A stretch of 63,239 nucleotides of DNA, the filler included. It is 12 parts of 12 records of this genome, joined end to end, with 100 filler letters (N's around TTAATTAATTAA, not from the genome) between each part and the next. Parts side by side here need not be neighbours in the genome. Positions count along the whole stretch, not along the records: positions 19,118 to 24,398 come from SRR15195285_4688; positions 24,499 to 34,079 come from SRR15195285_4698; 10 more parts are not named here. One strand, written 5' to 3'. Made by a program: the position numbers and the translations under genes. Positions 19,479 through 31,278 of this stretch are shown here, piece after piece. Each line of letters opens with the position of its first letter. Position 1 is the first letter of the stretch. The notes under the pieces were generated by a model. That model did no database searches. It saw nothing but the letters and a program-made list of their open reading frames with translations, and was not told the DNA's origin.

Positions 19479-22400
19479 ATGTTGGGCATGGCTCTGAACT
19501 GGCAGGCCATCATGGAGCACGCGCGCATGCAGCCGAAGCGCAGCCGAAGCCCACGTCCGCAAGGCCGAGAGAGGCAGCGCAGCTACGACGCCGAGCCTGC
19601 GGAGACGGTACAGCCGCCAGAGGACGTCGGCTCGCCGGAGCTCTTCCCCGAGCCAGAGGTGGAAGAGCTGGAGGACGTGCTGGTGCAGCTGGGCTGCTCG
19701 CGCGCCGAGCTGGAGGACAGCCTGCAGGAGCTGAGCGGGTGGGGAAACATTCTGGTGGACCAGTCGACGTTTGTCTCGACGCTGCAGGATGCGCTACATA
19801 CGAGACTGACCAGAGAAGATTGTCAACGGCTGTTCCGCTCGGTGTCTGGCGGCAACGAACATGTCTACGCAAGCAAGTTGCCGGCGCCAAGCATCCCCGA
19901 CGGCGGTTCCAGGCATGACTCGCGCGAGGAGGAATTCATGCAGCGCGAGCAACGTCAAATGGAGGAGACGGTAGCATCGATGGAGGCCGAGATCCGAGAA
20001 AGGACACGGCAGCTAGAAGAGAACGCGAAGCAGCACGAGGCAAAGCTGGCGAAAGTCTCACGTGCGCACGTGGAGCAGCTGAGGGAGGTGCGCCAGGAGC
20101 ACGCTGAGGCAATGCACGCCGGCGAGGCACATGCTACGGCCGTTTTTGAGCAGCAGGAGGAGCTGGCGAGGATGGGCGCTGAGCGCGATGCCGCTGTGGA
20201 TGAAGCTGTGCAACAAGTGACGGCGCAGCTGCGTAGCGAGCACGCGGAGGAGTTGGCCCGAGTTCGCAAAGAAATTGTTGACTCCGCGAACGTGGGCGCG
20301 GACAGAGATGCACGCAGCCTGGCCCGCGAGCTTGCCGAGGCGCAGGCTCAACTGGAGGAAATGGAGAGCGTACACCGCGCAGAGCTCAGGCAGGTGCATG
20401 TAGATTTACAGCGACGTGAAGCAGACACCCTGGAGCTTGTCATGGCTGACAACAAAAGCCTCATGGCAGAGATAGTGGAAGCCAACAGGGAACAGCTGGA
20501 GGCTACAGGGCAGGAAAAAAAGCGAGCCGAGGAACAGTATAAGGCTGAGCTAGCACGCTTGCACCAAGAGCACGAGGACTTCGTAAAGCGGGTACACGCC
20601 GAGCATCGCGAGACGCACCAGGCTGCCGCAGAGGAGGGTGAATCCCACAGAATTCAGGCCGAGGAGGCGACGCAGCGAGCTGAGAAGGCCGCTGCAGAGC
20701 TGGAGGCAATGCAGGCGCAAGAAGCGAGTGTCACGGCTCAGATGCGCGACTACGAGCAAAAGCTCGCAGACCAGACCGCTCTACGTAAAAAACACGCCAC
20801 CGATGCTGAACGTTTGCAGCAGGTGCTGTATGGGACGGAATTGCAGCTATCTGAGATGGAGGCTCGGTATAGGTCCCAGAAGCAGGCCACAGAGCAAACC
20901 GCCCAGCAAATGGCGGCAGCTGAGTCAGGCGCAGCTACAAAGCTGCAGAAGGCGCACGAGGAGGGTGCGGCCATGCGTGCCTCGCACGAAGAGGAAATAC
21001 AGGCTCTGCGCCTCGCTCACGCAGCTGATCTGCAAAATCTCCACAATGAGCGCGATGAAGAGATGCATTCCATCCTTGAAATGGCTACCAAGCACGAGGA
21101 GGCTGCTGAGGACGCCGCCCGGCTGTTGGAGCAGACGATGGAGGAGCGCGATCAAGTGGAGCAGGACGGAAAGACAACGGCGTCGCAGTTGGAAAAGCGG
21201 CTGAAGCAGGACCATGCAGAACAGCTGTCCAAGGTGCAGCAGCGCGAGGCAGATGCTGTAGAGCGTGTGCGTGAAGAGGCACAGAAGAAGTACCAGGCCG
21301 AGCTTTTGGAGTTGACAGCGAAGGCCGATGCGGAACGCAAACGGTTGGAGGAGGCCCTAACGGAGAAGGACCGGGCCGCCCAGGCTGCACGAGAGAAGAT
21401 GAACGCGGCAGCTCGCGCGAAGATGGACTTGGAAAAAACCAGTTTGGCAGAGCAGCATAAGGCACGCGTGGACAGCATGCGCAAGAATCACATGGCGGAC
21501 CTGAAGTCCATGGCTGGAAGCCCAGTCAAGGCCGGGAGCGTCACCAGTGCATCGCCAGTGTCAACTCCAACTTCTGCTGGCGCTGGCATGGTAGTATCGA
21601 CTCCTTCGAGTGCTGACACAGACAAGATCAACCGACAGCTGAGAAGTCTTGGCACTCGGCTGAAGAAGACTGAGGCAGACCTTGAAGAGATCGTGGAGAG
21701 ATGCGGGGGCGACGAATCCCAGGCCGTGGCAGCTCTGCGGAAGGAGCTGGGACAGACAGAGAAGCGCCGTCTCGAAACCAGTGCAAAGGAAGTGCGCTCC
21801 AAGATTGACCGACTGTCTTCTCCGGAGCGAGAAAGACAGCGAGTGCAGCGGCAGCAAAAGTACCCAAACCCATCGGGCTCTGCGCGTAGCATTTACGGGA
21901 AAACTCGACGAGGGAGCAAGACACCACAGCCTGACATCCCCATTGGCACATCTGCCGTGACTGCGTCAGGCAGGCAGAACAAATCTCGTAAGCCTGCGCT
22001 TGACACGGGGGTGCGTTCCAAGCAGCGGGAGCAGGCCGCAGAAAGCGCGCCCTCCGAGGCTGTTCCGCCATCTCGGGTCACAAAACCGATGGATTCGACG
22101 AGCAACGCCATACCAACACCAACTGGTGTCCCTGCTACTACTGCAAGCACCAAGATCACAGATGACTCGCGTCGCCCTCGCAAGAAGACGACGCTATCTG
22201 ACCACGGGAGTTTCAAGGATACAGCCGAGTCGAAATCAAGGGGCGAGCCCAATGGCCCGCTGGACTCGTGGGAGCATTCTATCGTGCCTCGTCCTTGGGA
22301 GCAATCCAGGCCAGAGCCAGCCGTGCCGACCCTGGTTCCAGAGGCAGAGGCAGAGCCAGAGCCAAATCCGCAGCCAAAACCGCAGCCGGAACAGAGAGAC

Positions 22401-22562
22401 AGCGCAAGTGCTCCCTTAAGGCCAGACACGCAACCGAGTGCCTCTGCCACTAGCCCTTCTATACCAGATGATGTTCCGTTGGACCAGTATGTACTAGCCT
22501 TGCAGGAAAAGATGAGGAAGGCAGAGGCTGAACTTGATACCGACAGTGACGACGGCACGTGA
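19479..22562 (+). CDS. Large coiled-coil protein (1027 aa) with a degenerate EF-hand-like N-terminal region and a disordered C-terminus; may have upstream exons
   Basis: Long E/Q/A/K/R-rich heptad region; N-terminal VDQSTFVSTLQD..LTREDCQRLFRSV; PEAEAEPEP tract. Confidence 0.8.
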   Translation: MLGMALNWQAIMEHARMQPKRSRSPRPQGRERQRSYDAEPAETVQPPEDVGSPELFPEPEVEELEDVLVQLGCSRAELEDSLQELSGWGNILVDQSTFVSTLQDALHTRLTREDCQRLFRSVSGGNEHVYASKLPAPSIPDGGSRHDSREEEFMQREQRQMEETVASMEAEIRERTRQLEENAKQHEAKLAKVSRAHVEQLREVRQEHAEAMHAGEAHATAVFEQQEELARMGAERDAAVDEAVQQVTAQLRSEHAEELARVRKEIVDSANVGADRDARSLARELAEAQAQLEEMESVHRAELRQVHVDLQRREADTLELVMADNKSLMAEIVEANREQLEATGQEKKRAEEQYKAELARLHQEHEDFVKRVHAEHRETHQAAAEEGESHRIQAEEATQRAEKAAAELEAMQAQEASVTAQMRDYEQKLADQTALRKKHATDAERLQQVLYGTELQLSEMEARYRSQKQATEQTAQQMAAAESGAATKLQKAHEEGAAMRASHEEEIQALRLAHAADLQNLHNERDEEMHSILEMATKHEEAAEDAARLLEQTMEERDQVEQDGKTTASQLEKRLKQDHAEQLSKVQQREADAVERVREEAQKKYQAELLELTAKADAERKRLEEALTEKDRAAQAAREKMNAAARAKMDLEKTSLAEQHKARVDSMRKNHMADLKSMAGSPVKAGSVTSASPVSTPTSAGAGMVVSTPSSADTDKINRQLRSLGTRLKKTEADLEEIVERCGGDESQAVAALRKELGQTEKRRLETSAKEVRSKIDRLSSPERERQRVQRQQKYPNPSGSARSIYGKTRRGSKTPQPDIPIGTSAVTASGRQNKSRKPALDTGVRSKQREQAAESAPSEAVPPSRVTKPMDSTSNAIPTPTGVPATTASTKITDDSRRPRKKTTLSDHGSFKDTAESKSRGEPNGPLDSWEHSIVPRPWEQSRPEPAVPTLVPEAEAEPEPNPQPKPQPEQRDSASAPLRPDTQPSASATSPSIPDDVPLDQYVLALQEKMRKAEAELDTDSDDGT

Positions 22563-22754
22563 TCAATCCTTTAAGGCACTCAGTGTAAGAACATGGTACA
22601 TGTAGAGTAATGGCTGATGCTGTACATACCAGCCCAAGGCAAAGTAGGCCATGCTAGGGGCAATTCTGCCCACACCGCACACGCTTAGGCACTGCTAAGG
22701 TCCGGTGTACCGGTCTGTGTACACCTCGTTACGCTGTACGAACATCAGTGGCCG

Positions 22755-24170
22755 CTATCCACGGGTTGCTGGCCGTCGAACCTCTCTGTGTGAAGGTTCC
22801 CGGAGCCCTAAGTCCTCATCAGACGTGAATTTCTCCGAACCTGCACGTAACGACGCTGCAATTTCGCCGTACCGCCCAAGCATCGAATCTGGGCGTATCG
22901 ACGCGTGCGAAGAACCTGTTCCGGGCGACCCAGGCTCCAAGTGAGACTCCATATCTGGTCCGTCTGCTTCTGCACCTGTTGAGGATCTTCTTCTGCGTTG
23001 CCTTCCCCGTTTCCCACCGTGCCGCCGCGATGCTGCCTGCTCACGCTTCGCTCGTCTCTGCAGCTCTCGGATCATTTTCTTACCGGTAAAATTCGACCGC
23101 CACTGAACCATTCCTTCCCGGATGCGCGACGGTGCATCGTAATCAAAACGGTCTGCGGCGCTCGCGAGCCCGCCAACACTCGCCCCGGTCTGCCCACCTA
23201 CTGTCCACAAACGAGCGTCCTGCGCCAAGCTCCACGTGCTCTCCACGTGACCAGCCGTGGTTTTATAGTCCTTGTCGGACCGTGGGATCGACAGCATGGA
23301 GCTCGAGGGGCGCCCGGGGTTGTCTGCCGGCACGGGCTGATTGGTAAGGTCGTCTGGGTTCCGGGGGTAGTACTCTGCGATTCCGTAGTGTCCTGGCCCC
23401 CGGTCACCTGGATCGCCGTGCCGAACCGAGCGTTCAGTCAGGGGTTCATTCTTGATCTCCCCGTTGTTGACCCCTTGGTGGGACACACCGCCCAGGAAAG
23501 ACGGATCGCGGCGAACCATCTTCTTCTCCGTCGTCACCTCGTCCGGGTACTTGTAATCGTGCGAGCCTGGTCCAAGGTGCACGGCCGGGTCGTCGGGGAA
23601 TCGGGTCGACTTGCTCTCAAACATTGCCTTGGCAAGGTTTGTTCCGCCGGGCGCGTCGCGCCCTGGGTACCGCAGGTAGTCTATCGCGCTACTGGTGTCG
23701 TAGAAGTCGGCTGCGCACCATGAGGCGTTCTCGCCCGGCTTGAAGCGCTGGTCTTTGCCGATCGGGATGTTGTGCACGTGGCCACCCACCCGTGCTCCGC
23801 CGCTCTCAGCTACCCAGTTCTGGCGGAAGTCACGGTCGAACGTGAAGCTTGGGTCCGCAGGCAGCTCCCAGTCGCGGATGTTCCGCGTGTTCCAGCGCTC
23901 GGCGCGTGGCATCCAGGTGCTACCCGTGAACTCGTCCCGCATGACGCTTGACTCCGGCGCCTGGTAACTCGCCGGCCCGATGTTAATCTTGTACTCCTCG
24001 GACTTCTGCTCCCCGAAGCGGTTGAACTCACTCGTGAACATGCGCTGCCGCGGGTCCATGCGATACTTGCCCTCGCCCCTGGGCCCGGCGAACTCCTCGC
24101 ATGAGAGCTTCGTCGGGTCTGCGGCGCGCGTCGGCCCTTTCGCGATGCGCCCGACGCCACCCTTGCCCAT
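22755..24170 (-). CDS. Sperm-tail PG-rich repeat (SHIPPO/ODF3/STPG-like) ciliary protein
   Basis: Repeated GP(A/G)xY motifs (IGPASY, LGPGSHDY, RGPGHYG) with F.S...RF segments (MFTSEFNRF, MFESKSTRF). Likely ATG at 24170 (MGKGGVG). Confidence 0.6.
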   Translation of the reverse strand: MGKGGVGRIAKGPTRAADPTKLSCEEFAGPRGEGKYRMDPRQRMFTSEFNRFGEQKSEEYKINIGPASYQAPESSVMRDEFTGSTWMPRAERWNTRNIRDWELPADPSFTFDRDFRQNWVAESGGARVGGHVHNIPIGKDQRFKPGENASWCAADFYDTSSAIDYLRYPGRDAPGGTNLAKAMFESKSTRFPDDPAVHLGPGSHDYKYPDEVTTEKKMVRRDPSFLGGVSHQGVNNGEIKNEPLTERSVRHGDPGDRGPGHYGIAEYYPRNPDDLTNQPVPADNPGRPSSSMLSIPRSDKDYKTTAGHVESTWSLAQDARLWTVGGQTGASVGGLASAADRFDYDAPSRIREGMVQWRSNFTGKKMIRELQRRAKREQAASRRHGGKRGRQRRRRSSTGAEADGPDMESHLEPGSPGTGSSHASIRPDSMLGRYGEIAASLRAGSEKFTSDEDLGLREPSHREVRRPATRG

Positions 24171-24398
24171 CCTCGCCTCCTCAACGCCAATCAGGGACGC
24201 CCGTACCGCGTACACCGGCCTCTGCCACGCCAGTGGACGCGCAACGCCGAGCAACGAAATGGTAGTATTTTCCAGTACAAACTGTGCACGAAACTTCAAA
24301 AGTTGAAAAGAACAGTTCCCTGGGTCCAGGTGTACTGTACTGTACGACTGTACCGGTACTGCGAGGCTACCGTTCGTACTATGATAGTATTTTCCGCA

Positions 24399-24498
24399 NN
24401 NNNNNNNNNNNNNNNNNNNNNNNNNNNNNNNNNNNNNNNNNNTTAATTAATTAANNNNNNNNNNNNNNNNNNNNNNNNNNNNNNNNNNNNNNNNNNNN
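24399..24498. other. Artificial contig linker
   Basis: N44-TTAATTAATTAA-N44. Confidence 0.97.
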
Positions 24499-27400
24499 AG
24501 CAACGTGCACAGGTCCTTCTCTGCAGTTACGTGGCTCACCAGGTCAAACCTACGTGTTATTGCCGCCACCATCGACGTAGCTGCGTGCACAGCTACAACA
24601 TTTTCGCTAGCGGGCGATTGGATGCGCCGCTGCTGCTCTCGGATCATCTTACCCATCGAACCAATTGACTTTTTTTCCTTTTTCACATCAACTTTTCGAG
24701 CCACAAAACGGAGATTGTCCGCTAAGGTTGCGTCGAGTGCTCGCCTAGCGGATTCTTCGGATGCAAATGTTACCAGTGCCCAGGGCCGTCGCCTGCGTCC
24801 GTGTCCACCCGATGAATGTAATGGGGGTGGAGACCCTTCATCCTCAGAATCTTCAGCTCGCTGCCCAGCGACTGTCACCGCCAACACGCGCCCATATTTT
24901 TGAAAAGTTTTCTCCAGATGTTTCTCCCCGGATGCCTCCTCTGCCGCCTGCTCTGTCACAGAAGTGACGGAGACATGGATGGTCGCTTCGTTAAGCGAGC
25001 GAGTTAGCTCTTCGTCTTGATCGCCCGACTCACCTAGCTGCAAGTCCCCCACACTCACCCACAGTCGGATATTGGGTAGCACCTCATTGGCTGGCACTAC
25101 CAAATTATTGCTGTCCTGTGCCGAGAGATTCCACAGGCACTTCAAGGCGTCAACCTGCAGCTCCTTGTTGTCCTCGTCAAGCAATTGAGTAAGGACTTCG
25201 ATGGCTCCAGCTTCACAGAGCTTCTCTCGGAAAGGTGACTGGGTTGAGAAAACACACATGGCTCGAGCTGCACCTGCTCTGGCTCGGGCTGCATCTCCAT
25301 CTGCTAGATCCATACCACTGTCCAGCTCCCGCAGTTTTTCTGTCAAAACAGATGTCTCTTGTCCCCATTGCACATCCTCTCGCGCCACTTGCAGCAGTAT
25401 CCTTGCCTTAAGAGTATCTGCCAGGGTAGTCTTGGACTTGCTACTGAAGGACATATCAAACCCACATTGCTGTAGACATTCCTCGCTGTTAGACCAGCCG
25501 CCAATCGGACGATCAAGCTCTGGAGACAGTGGCCCTGTTGAGCCATGAAGCCGAAGCGTCATCACCTCCTCCAGCTGCTGCAGCGCCTCATGGAACCGCT
25601 TAGAGCTGTACTCTGAGCGCAGCACTTTGATTGCAGTGAAGAGCTTCCGGAACGGGTGCGGCTGCGGTGCAATATTTTTCATCAGAAGCTGAACAGCTGT
25701 GTTTGTTGGGCAACGGCTTAAGAAGTCCCTGCCCGATGGAGAGACGCAAATGGACGCGAACGCTTCAAAGGCTCTCCACTTGATATCAGGCTCTCGCAGC
25801 TCACAGAAACAGCACAGCTCTAATGAGAGGGAATGGTGCGACCACGCGGCCACAGAGGACTGATCCGCCCGGTTGATCATGCGTCCCTCTAGCACTGCTA
25901 TTCTACGTAGGCAAGCCTCTTTCAGCTGACTATCAAGGCGACCTGCGCGCTTGCGCGACTGGGCCATGGCGAGGTCAATCAATATGACCTGATGCTTCTT
26001 CAAATGGCAGACGGTATAAATGATCAGCCAGCCAAAGATGTTCACGAAAACGACTGGAACAAGCCTACGATAGTCCATCACCATAACACAGCATGCCACA
26101 AGCGCAGACCAGACGCTTGACGTGTGGATCACCTGTTCGCCCAGAATGTTATACAAACACCAGCACACTGCTCAGACACATCGTCTGACACTCAGCTATA
26201 TAAAGAGACCGCACGGTAATGGCACGGAAATGGCACGGAAATGGAATCGGGTGCGCACCAACTTCGCCCAGTTCGCCCAAAAGACGCAGCACGGTCGCAT
26301 CACAAAGCTCGCCCAAAGCAGCATCACGTGGATGCCTATACCGATCACGTTCGCAACGACAGACAAGAAGCGGCTTGCGTCCGTGTGCAACACCAAGAGC
26401 AACAAAGCGCTCCTGGAGAAGAGGTCGACTCGCACCCAGACCGGGATCCACCGCATATCTTGGCCTGGAGTGTACTCGGTGATCTTGCCGAGTGTGGCGG
26501 TGGGCAAGAAAATAAACAGAGCGGCCAGCGCAAGGTTTGAATACCAGAGATGGTCGCCAGTCCAGCACTCCAAAGAGTTGATTGCCTTTGCCGTCATGTC
26601 AACTTGCACGTACTCTTTGATCGGGTCCCAGTGGCAGTCGACGGCAGCCAGCAACCCTCGCGCAATCGCAATGAAGCAGAGATCTGAGAGGACAAACTGG
26701 ATTAATCTCCATGAAAATGGGCCAATGGGAGCGCCCATCATCCGGTTTGCCGCTGCTGGTGACCACATGACGGTCACCACAATCGGCAAGACCCACAGCA
26801 GCACCCACACGAAAGATAGTGCATAAACCATGTAGAACTGCGCTGCAAAGGAATACTCATTGAAAAAATTGAGAACCGCGACTGACAAGCTGACCTCTTG
26901 CACCAGATCCGTTGCATCGTCTATGTCCTCGCCAGGAGATGGGTCAATGGCTGCCGCTTTAGCATTCACGCGATCATACATAATGTTCCATGCCTCTGGG
27001 CCCTCCCATGCAACCCACAGGTCAGACGTGCCGTTTATTCCACCGTTGGGAATCATTGTTCCATTCGCCTCCTTCGCAGCCAACATCAACTCGTCGCGCT
27101 CCATTGAACCATCCATCCGCGAGAGGAACTGCTTCGACAGGAAACTCATACTGGTGAATGCAATGAACTCGTAAACCAAGATACCATAGCCCATACTTCC
27201 TTCGAACCAGTTGCCTCTGACCCGATTGTTCGGACGCGGATCTGGTATGGTGGCCATCGTCGGATCCCACCGTGTAGTCCAAAAGCCATATATGATGGAG
27301 ACATACACCACGGCTAGGTATGCATACGCAACCCGTGCAAACTGCTCAGACCCTGCAGCTACATGGTCTGAAACAACATGAGAAAAGATCACATACGGTG

Positions 27401-28766
27401 CCATGAGCAGCCCAAACCACAATAGGCTGAGTAGGTAGAGTCTAAACGGCGTCATTTCCCGTTCTCCGCTGCGCCGCCTCCAGCTGCTGATGAAGTTCTC
27501 GATGAAGTATAGCGGCACCCACGCGGCAAGCGCCACTGGGATCAGAATGACTGTGCCAATGGCCTTCAGCAAGTTGCGAAACAGGCGCATTGTTGCCATA
27601 TACACCATGCCATGGGTTTTCATTACTAGCTCAGCAGATGTGGCTGCTCTGCGGCTGACGATCGCTTGAATCTGTTGATCTAAGTCTCCTTGCTGCGAGT
27701 GAATGACCTGGCCGGCCGTGACCGCGATGGATAGCACTTTCCCAGACGATCCTACCACACCGCGCTGCACCACAGAGCCGACATCCTTTAACATTTCAGA
27801 ACCCTGCAGGTTCTGGCGCAACAAGTTGTGCTGTTTCCGTGCCTTCTTCTGAAGCCTGCGCATGTACTTCTCGAAGAACTTTCCTCGAAATTCGAAGACA
27901 GCGACGAAGGCAAGGGTCTCTAGTGGCCCAGACAGTGCACGACAGGCGTAGACAGAAGGTAGCAGCTCGTTCTGGACGGTTGTCCGATAGAAAATCTCCG
28001 CAAGGAGTGCGGCGCGGCCGGTAACCATCACCAGCAGGAACTGGCGCAGCGTGACCGCGACTCGCAGCTCGAAACGCACCCGCCGCTGTGCAGCCGAGCC
28101 GAGCAGCTTCATTTCTTCGGCGCCGAGCATATAGCCTTGGCCCTTCTGCTCCTGTGTCATGTGGACGCTTGTCGCTTTCTCAACGGCCGCCTGGTGGTAG
28201 AAGTAAAACCGAACAGCAGTAAAATGGATGCCAAGAGCGATTGGCAGGCCCACGACCACGGCGCGGGCAACAGTGTGCGAGGTTGAGATGCTGCACACGT
28301 GCTCGAATGCTTCACGTTTCTGCGGAAAGACGTCGGCGACACTATTCCCCTCGCCAAACAGCAGAAACATCCCGCCAACGATAGCTGCACTGAGCGTCCA
28401 TACGCAAGCGTGGTACCGCCAGCGGGGTGTCGGTGGTTGGTCTGTCTGCTGCTCGTGCGCGTGCGCGAAGACGACGGCCATCCACAGCACGCTCACCACG
28501 TCCGCCACGATGTACGCTGTACCGAACGCTGCGCACAGCCAGCCCTCGGGACGCACGGCCCGGCCGGCCATCGTCAGGCTCGCCGTGAGCAGCTTCGACG
28601 CAGCGACGTAGGAGAGATACAGCCGCCGCTCATTGCGCTGGCCCGAGAAGAAGAAGTACGTGAACATGACGTACGTGGTACTGAGCACGGCCAGCCCGGC
28701 CAGCCCCAGTTCCAGCAGCAGCGGCAGCTCCTTCGCACCCGACGGCACACCGAGGATCTCCATCAC
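24499..28766 (-). CDS. 3'-partial multidomain membrane protein: cAR/GCR1-like 7TM, a second ~11-TM module, ARM-like repeats and an RRM; intron 26258-26133
   Basis: ORF 26196-28766 joins ORF 24447-26168 through a phase-0 GTGCGC...CAG intron (WAKL|VIHT). 7TM features: LC(TM3)...SVLWMAV, RYHACVWTL and a Cys in ECL2. ARM-like EKLCEAGAIEVLTQLLDEDNKELQVDALKCLWNLS. RRM-like LEKTFQKYGRVLAVTV...WALVTFASEESARRAL. Confidence 0.75.
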
Positions 28767-29614
28767 CTTCAGCTGCAGCCTTTCACACGGAGCTCACTCA
28801 GCTGGGTGTGCGACGGAGCGCCGCGACCCGGTCGGCACTAGGTGGGCCACAGCCAGTGCTCGCCGAGCCCACAGTACCGCTCTGCAGCTGGCACTTGGCG
28901 GCATTCTGCGCCCTCTCCGCCACCGCCGCCGCTGCTGCTGCTGGAGGTGTGACGCTGGCCATCCTCCTCCGCCCTCCTAGCAGGCGGCTGAGCGCGCCCG
29001 CTGCAGAGAGCAGCTGACTAGCACCTGCAGCTATACGCGCCGCTGCTGCTCAGTGCTCTCTGCGCTTCGAAGGCCGTGCGGTCATAGCAGACTGCAGCGC
29101 TCAGCGCTCAGCGCTCCGCCCCGCACGGCGCGGCAGGGCAGGGCGAGGGCCAGGGTTGTGCGAGGCAAGGGAGGGCGTGTCGCTATTGATAAGTGGCGCA
29201 GCAGCTACCGAGGCAAGCGCTCACGGCGCTCACGACCGACAGCAGCCATGAGCATGTGTACTAGTGTACACTAGTGCAGTGTGTCGTGCGCTACCGGATA
29301 CCGTATGGCAGCCCAGCGCCTGGCGTGGCATGGCCTGGGGCAACGGGCCTGGCCTGGCTCTGCACCCTCTACGCTCTTGCTCTAAGAGCGTAAGAGGCCC
29401 TCGCTCCCTCCCTCGCTGTGGACACCTCAACGGCCAGCAGCTTCAAAGCTGTGCATGTGCGTGCTACACTGTACCAGTACCGGAGGCCTCGAATGAGATT
29501 GGCGATTAGATCTATGACCATCCGGGAGGCTCAGGCCGTGATTGAGCCTCGTCGCGAGGAAGCTTTCCCGCGGCGCGGGACGCCGGGACGGAGGGCCCGC
29601 CATCGTGCTCCGAT

Positions 29615-31270
29615 ATGGAGAAGCTTCGCACGCGGCTGATGCTGCTGTTGCTCGCTGGCCAGCTGGCTACAGCGCCGGCGGCGCTGGCAACCGCGCCTCC
29701 GTGCCAGACGATCTCAATGCTGACCGCAGCGCCACCACGCCAAACGTTCCAGGGATTCGGCTGGTCGCTGGTCCGAGGTGGCGGTAGCCCGTTCCACGGG
29801 CCGCTGGGGAATTTCTCGAGTGCGGTGCGGGAGGAGCTGCTCACCCTGCTGTGCGAAGAGTTGGGGACGACTGTGGTGCGCCTGTGGTGGACCCCCAAAG
29901 AGAACGTCAGCAGCAGCGTCGATGGAGACGCTCAGTTTATGGACGCCTACGTGAATAGTGGGCTGGTGGCGGACCTGCGCAAACATGGGGTCCAGCAGCT
30001 GCTCCTAGCTCCAGACCGACCGTGTGCTCCGAATGCTCTGAATTCGTCGGAGGGTGGGCACAGCATCGCTTTGAGGGCGAAACAGACTGCCGCCTTCATC
30101 GCGAAGCTAAGGGCCGAGGACGTCGTCATCGATGCCACCGGGGTAGCAAACGAACCTGGATGCTGGGCAAAGTGGCAGAATAGTTCAGGGGCGACGAAGT
30201 TCGCCAACTGGCCCAAGGTACTGGACCAATCTGGAAATCTAGTCGCCGCGGTCAAGCTTCTTTCACGGACCCTCAGCAGCGAAGGAGTGGAGCCGAGCAG
30301 CATCAAGATCATCGGCCCGGAGTCAGCAAGTGCCGACTCACACGGTTTTGCGCAGGTGATGGCCTGTCACGCTGATCACGAGTGTTGGTCCGCACTCGAC
30401 AGCATCGCAAGCCATTCGTACGGGATGGCTGCGAACGAGCAATGGGCGAATGCTAGCTTGAGCCTGGACAAAGGTTACTGGGTCACGGAGAGTGGGGCAT
30501 GGGGCACGGAATCAAGCCCAACACTTTTCCCTGGCAACGCGGGACGGTGGCAGGGAGTCGCACTAGCATGCCGTTTCCTGAACGATCTCAATCACGGTGT
30601 GGACACTTGGGTCTGGTTCATTGGCGCATGGATTTTCGACAAGCAGATGCTAGGTGGCAAATCTGACTGCGAGCAGGGGTGTGGTGACAAGTGTGGACAA
30701 GTCACGTGTGGCATAAACCGGCAGGAAGACATGAAGCTCATATCAACGTGCTCTGGCGCAGCACACACACCGTGTTACTCTAGCCACGACGCCAATGGCA
30801 CTGCAGGCGCGCCTCAGTTCTATCAGCTAATGCCACAGTACCACTACGCGAAGCAGTTGCGCAAGACATTTGACATCGGCTGTGTGATGCGCTCGACGAG
30901 CACGAACAGTAGTTTCTTGCCAGGGATGACGTGGTCGTATGGCAGGAAGAGCAGCGTCAACGCTGCAGTCGGAAGGAATCCTGACGGCTCGTGGGGGATC
31001 GCAGTGGCTAACCCGACTGGAATACCCACAGTCGACGACCTCAATGGGGTTCCGACGCAGCTGTTTCCCAACGCGACCACTCTTCATGTGGAGTTGGTCC
31101 TGGGCGACGAACTCATCTTGCCCGATGAGACGCTAACTTTCGTCCCACGCCGAAGCACGGGCACAGAGGCATACAACGTGGAAGAGAGACCCGTGGTAGT
31201 GGAGGGTGGCAAGGTGTCGATCACAGTGCAACCGAATGAGCTGCTAACTCTTCGATCCACCGTCGTGTAG
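29615..31270 (+). CDS. Secreted clan GH-A glycoside hydrolase, GH30-like (551 aa, intronless)
   Basis: Signal peptide, PRQTFQGFGWS N-terminal motif, acid/base ANEP, IIGPES, IASHSY, nucleophile YWVTES, and a C-terminal beta-sandwich. Confidence 0.85.
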   Translation: MEKLRTRLMLLLLAGQLATAPAALATAPPCQTISMLTAAPPRQTFQGFGWSLVRGGGSPFHGPLGNFSSAVREELLTLLCEELGTTVVRLWWTPKENVSSSVDGDAQFMDAYVNSGLVADLRKHGVQQLLLAPDRPCAPNALNSSEGGHSIALRAKQTAAFIAKLRAEDVVIDATGVANEPGCWAKWQNSSGATKFANWPKVLDQSGNLVAAVKLLSRTLSSEGVEPSSIKIIGPESASADSHGFAQVMACHADHECWSALDSIASHSYGMAANEQWANASLSLDKGYWVTESGAWGTESSPTLFPGNAGRWQGVALACRFLNDLNHGVDTWVWFIGAWIFDKQMLGGKSDCEQGCGDKCGQVTCGINRQEDMKLISTCSGAAHTPCYSSHDANGTAGAPQFYQLMPQYHYAKQLRKTFDIGCVMRSTSTNSSFLPGMTWSYGRKSSVNAAVGRNPDGSWGIAVANPTGIPTVDDLNGVPTQLFPNATTLHVELVLGDELILPDETLTFVPRRSTGTEAYNVEERPVVVEGGKVSITVQPNELLTLRSTVV

Positions 31271-31278
31271 GAACATAA

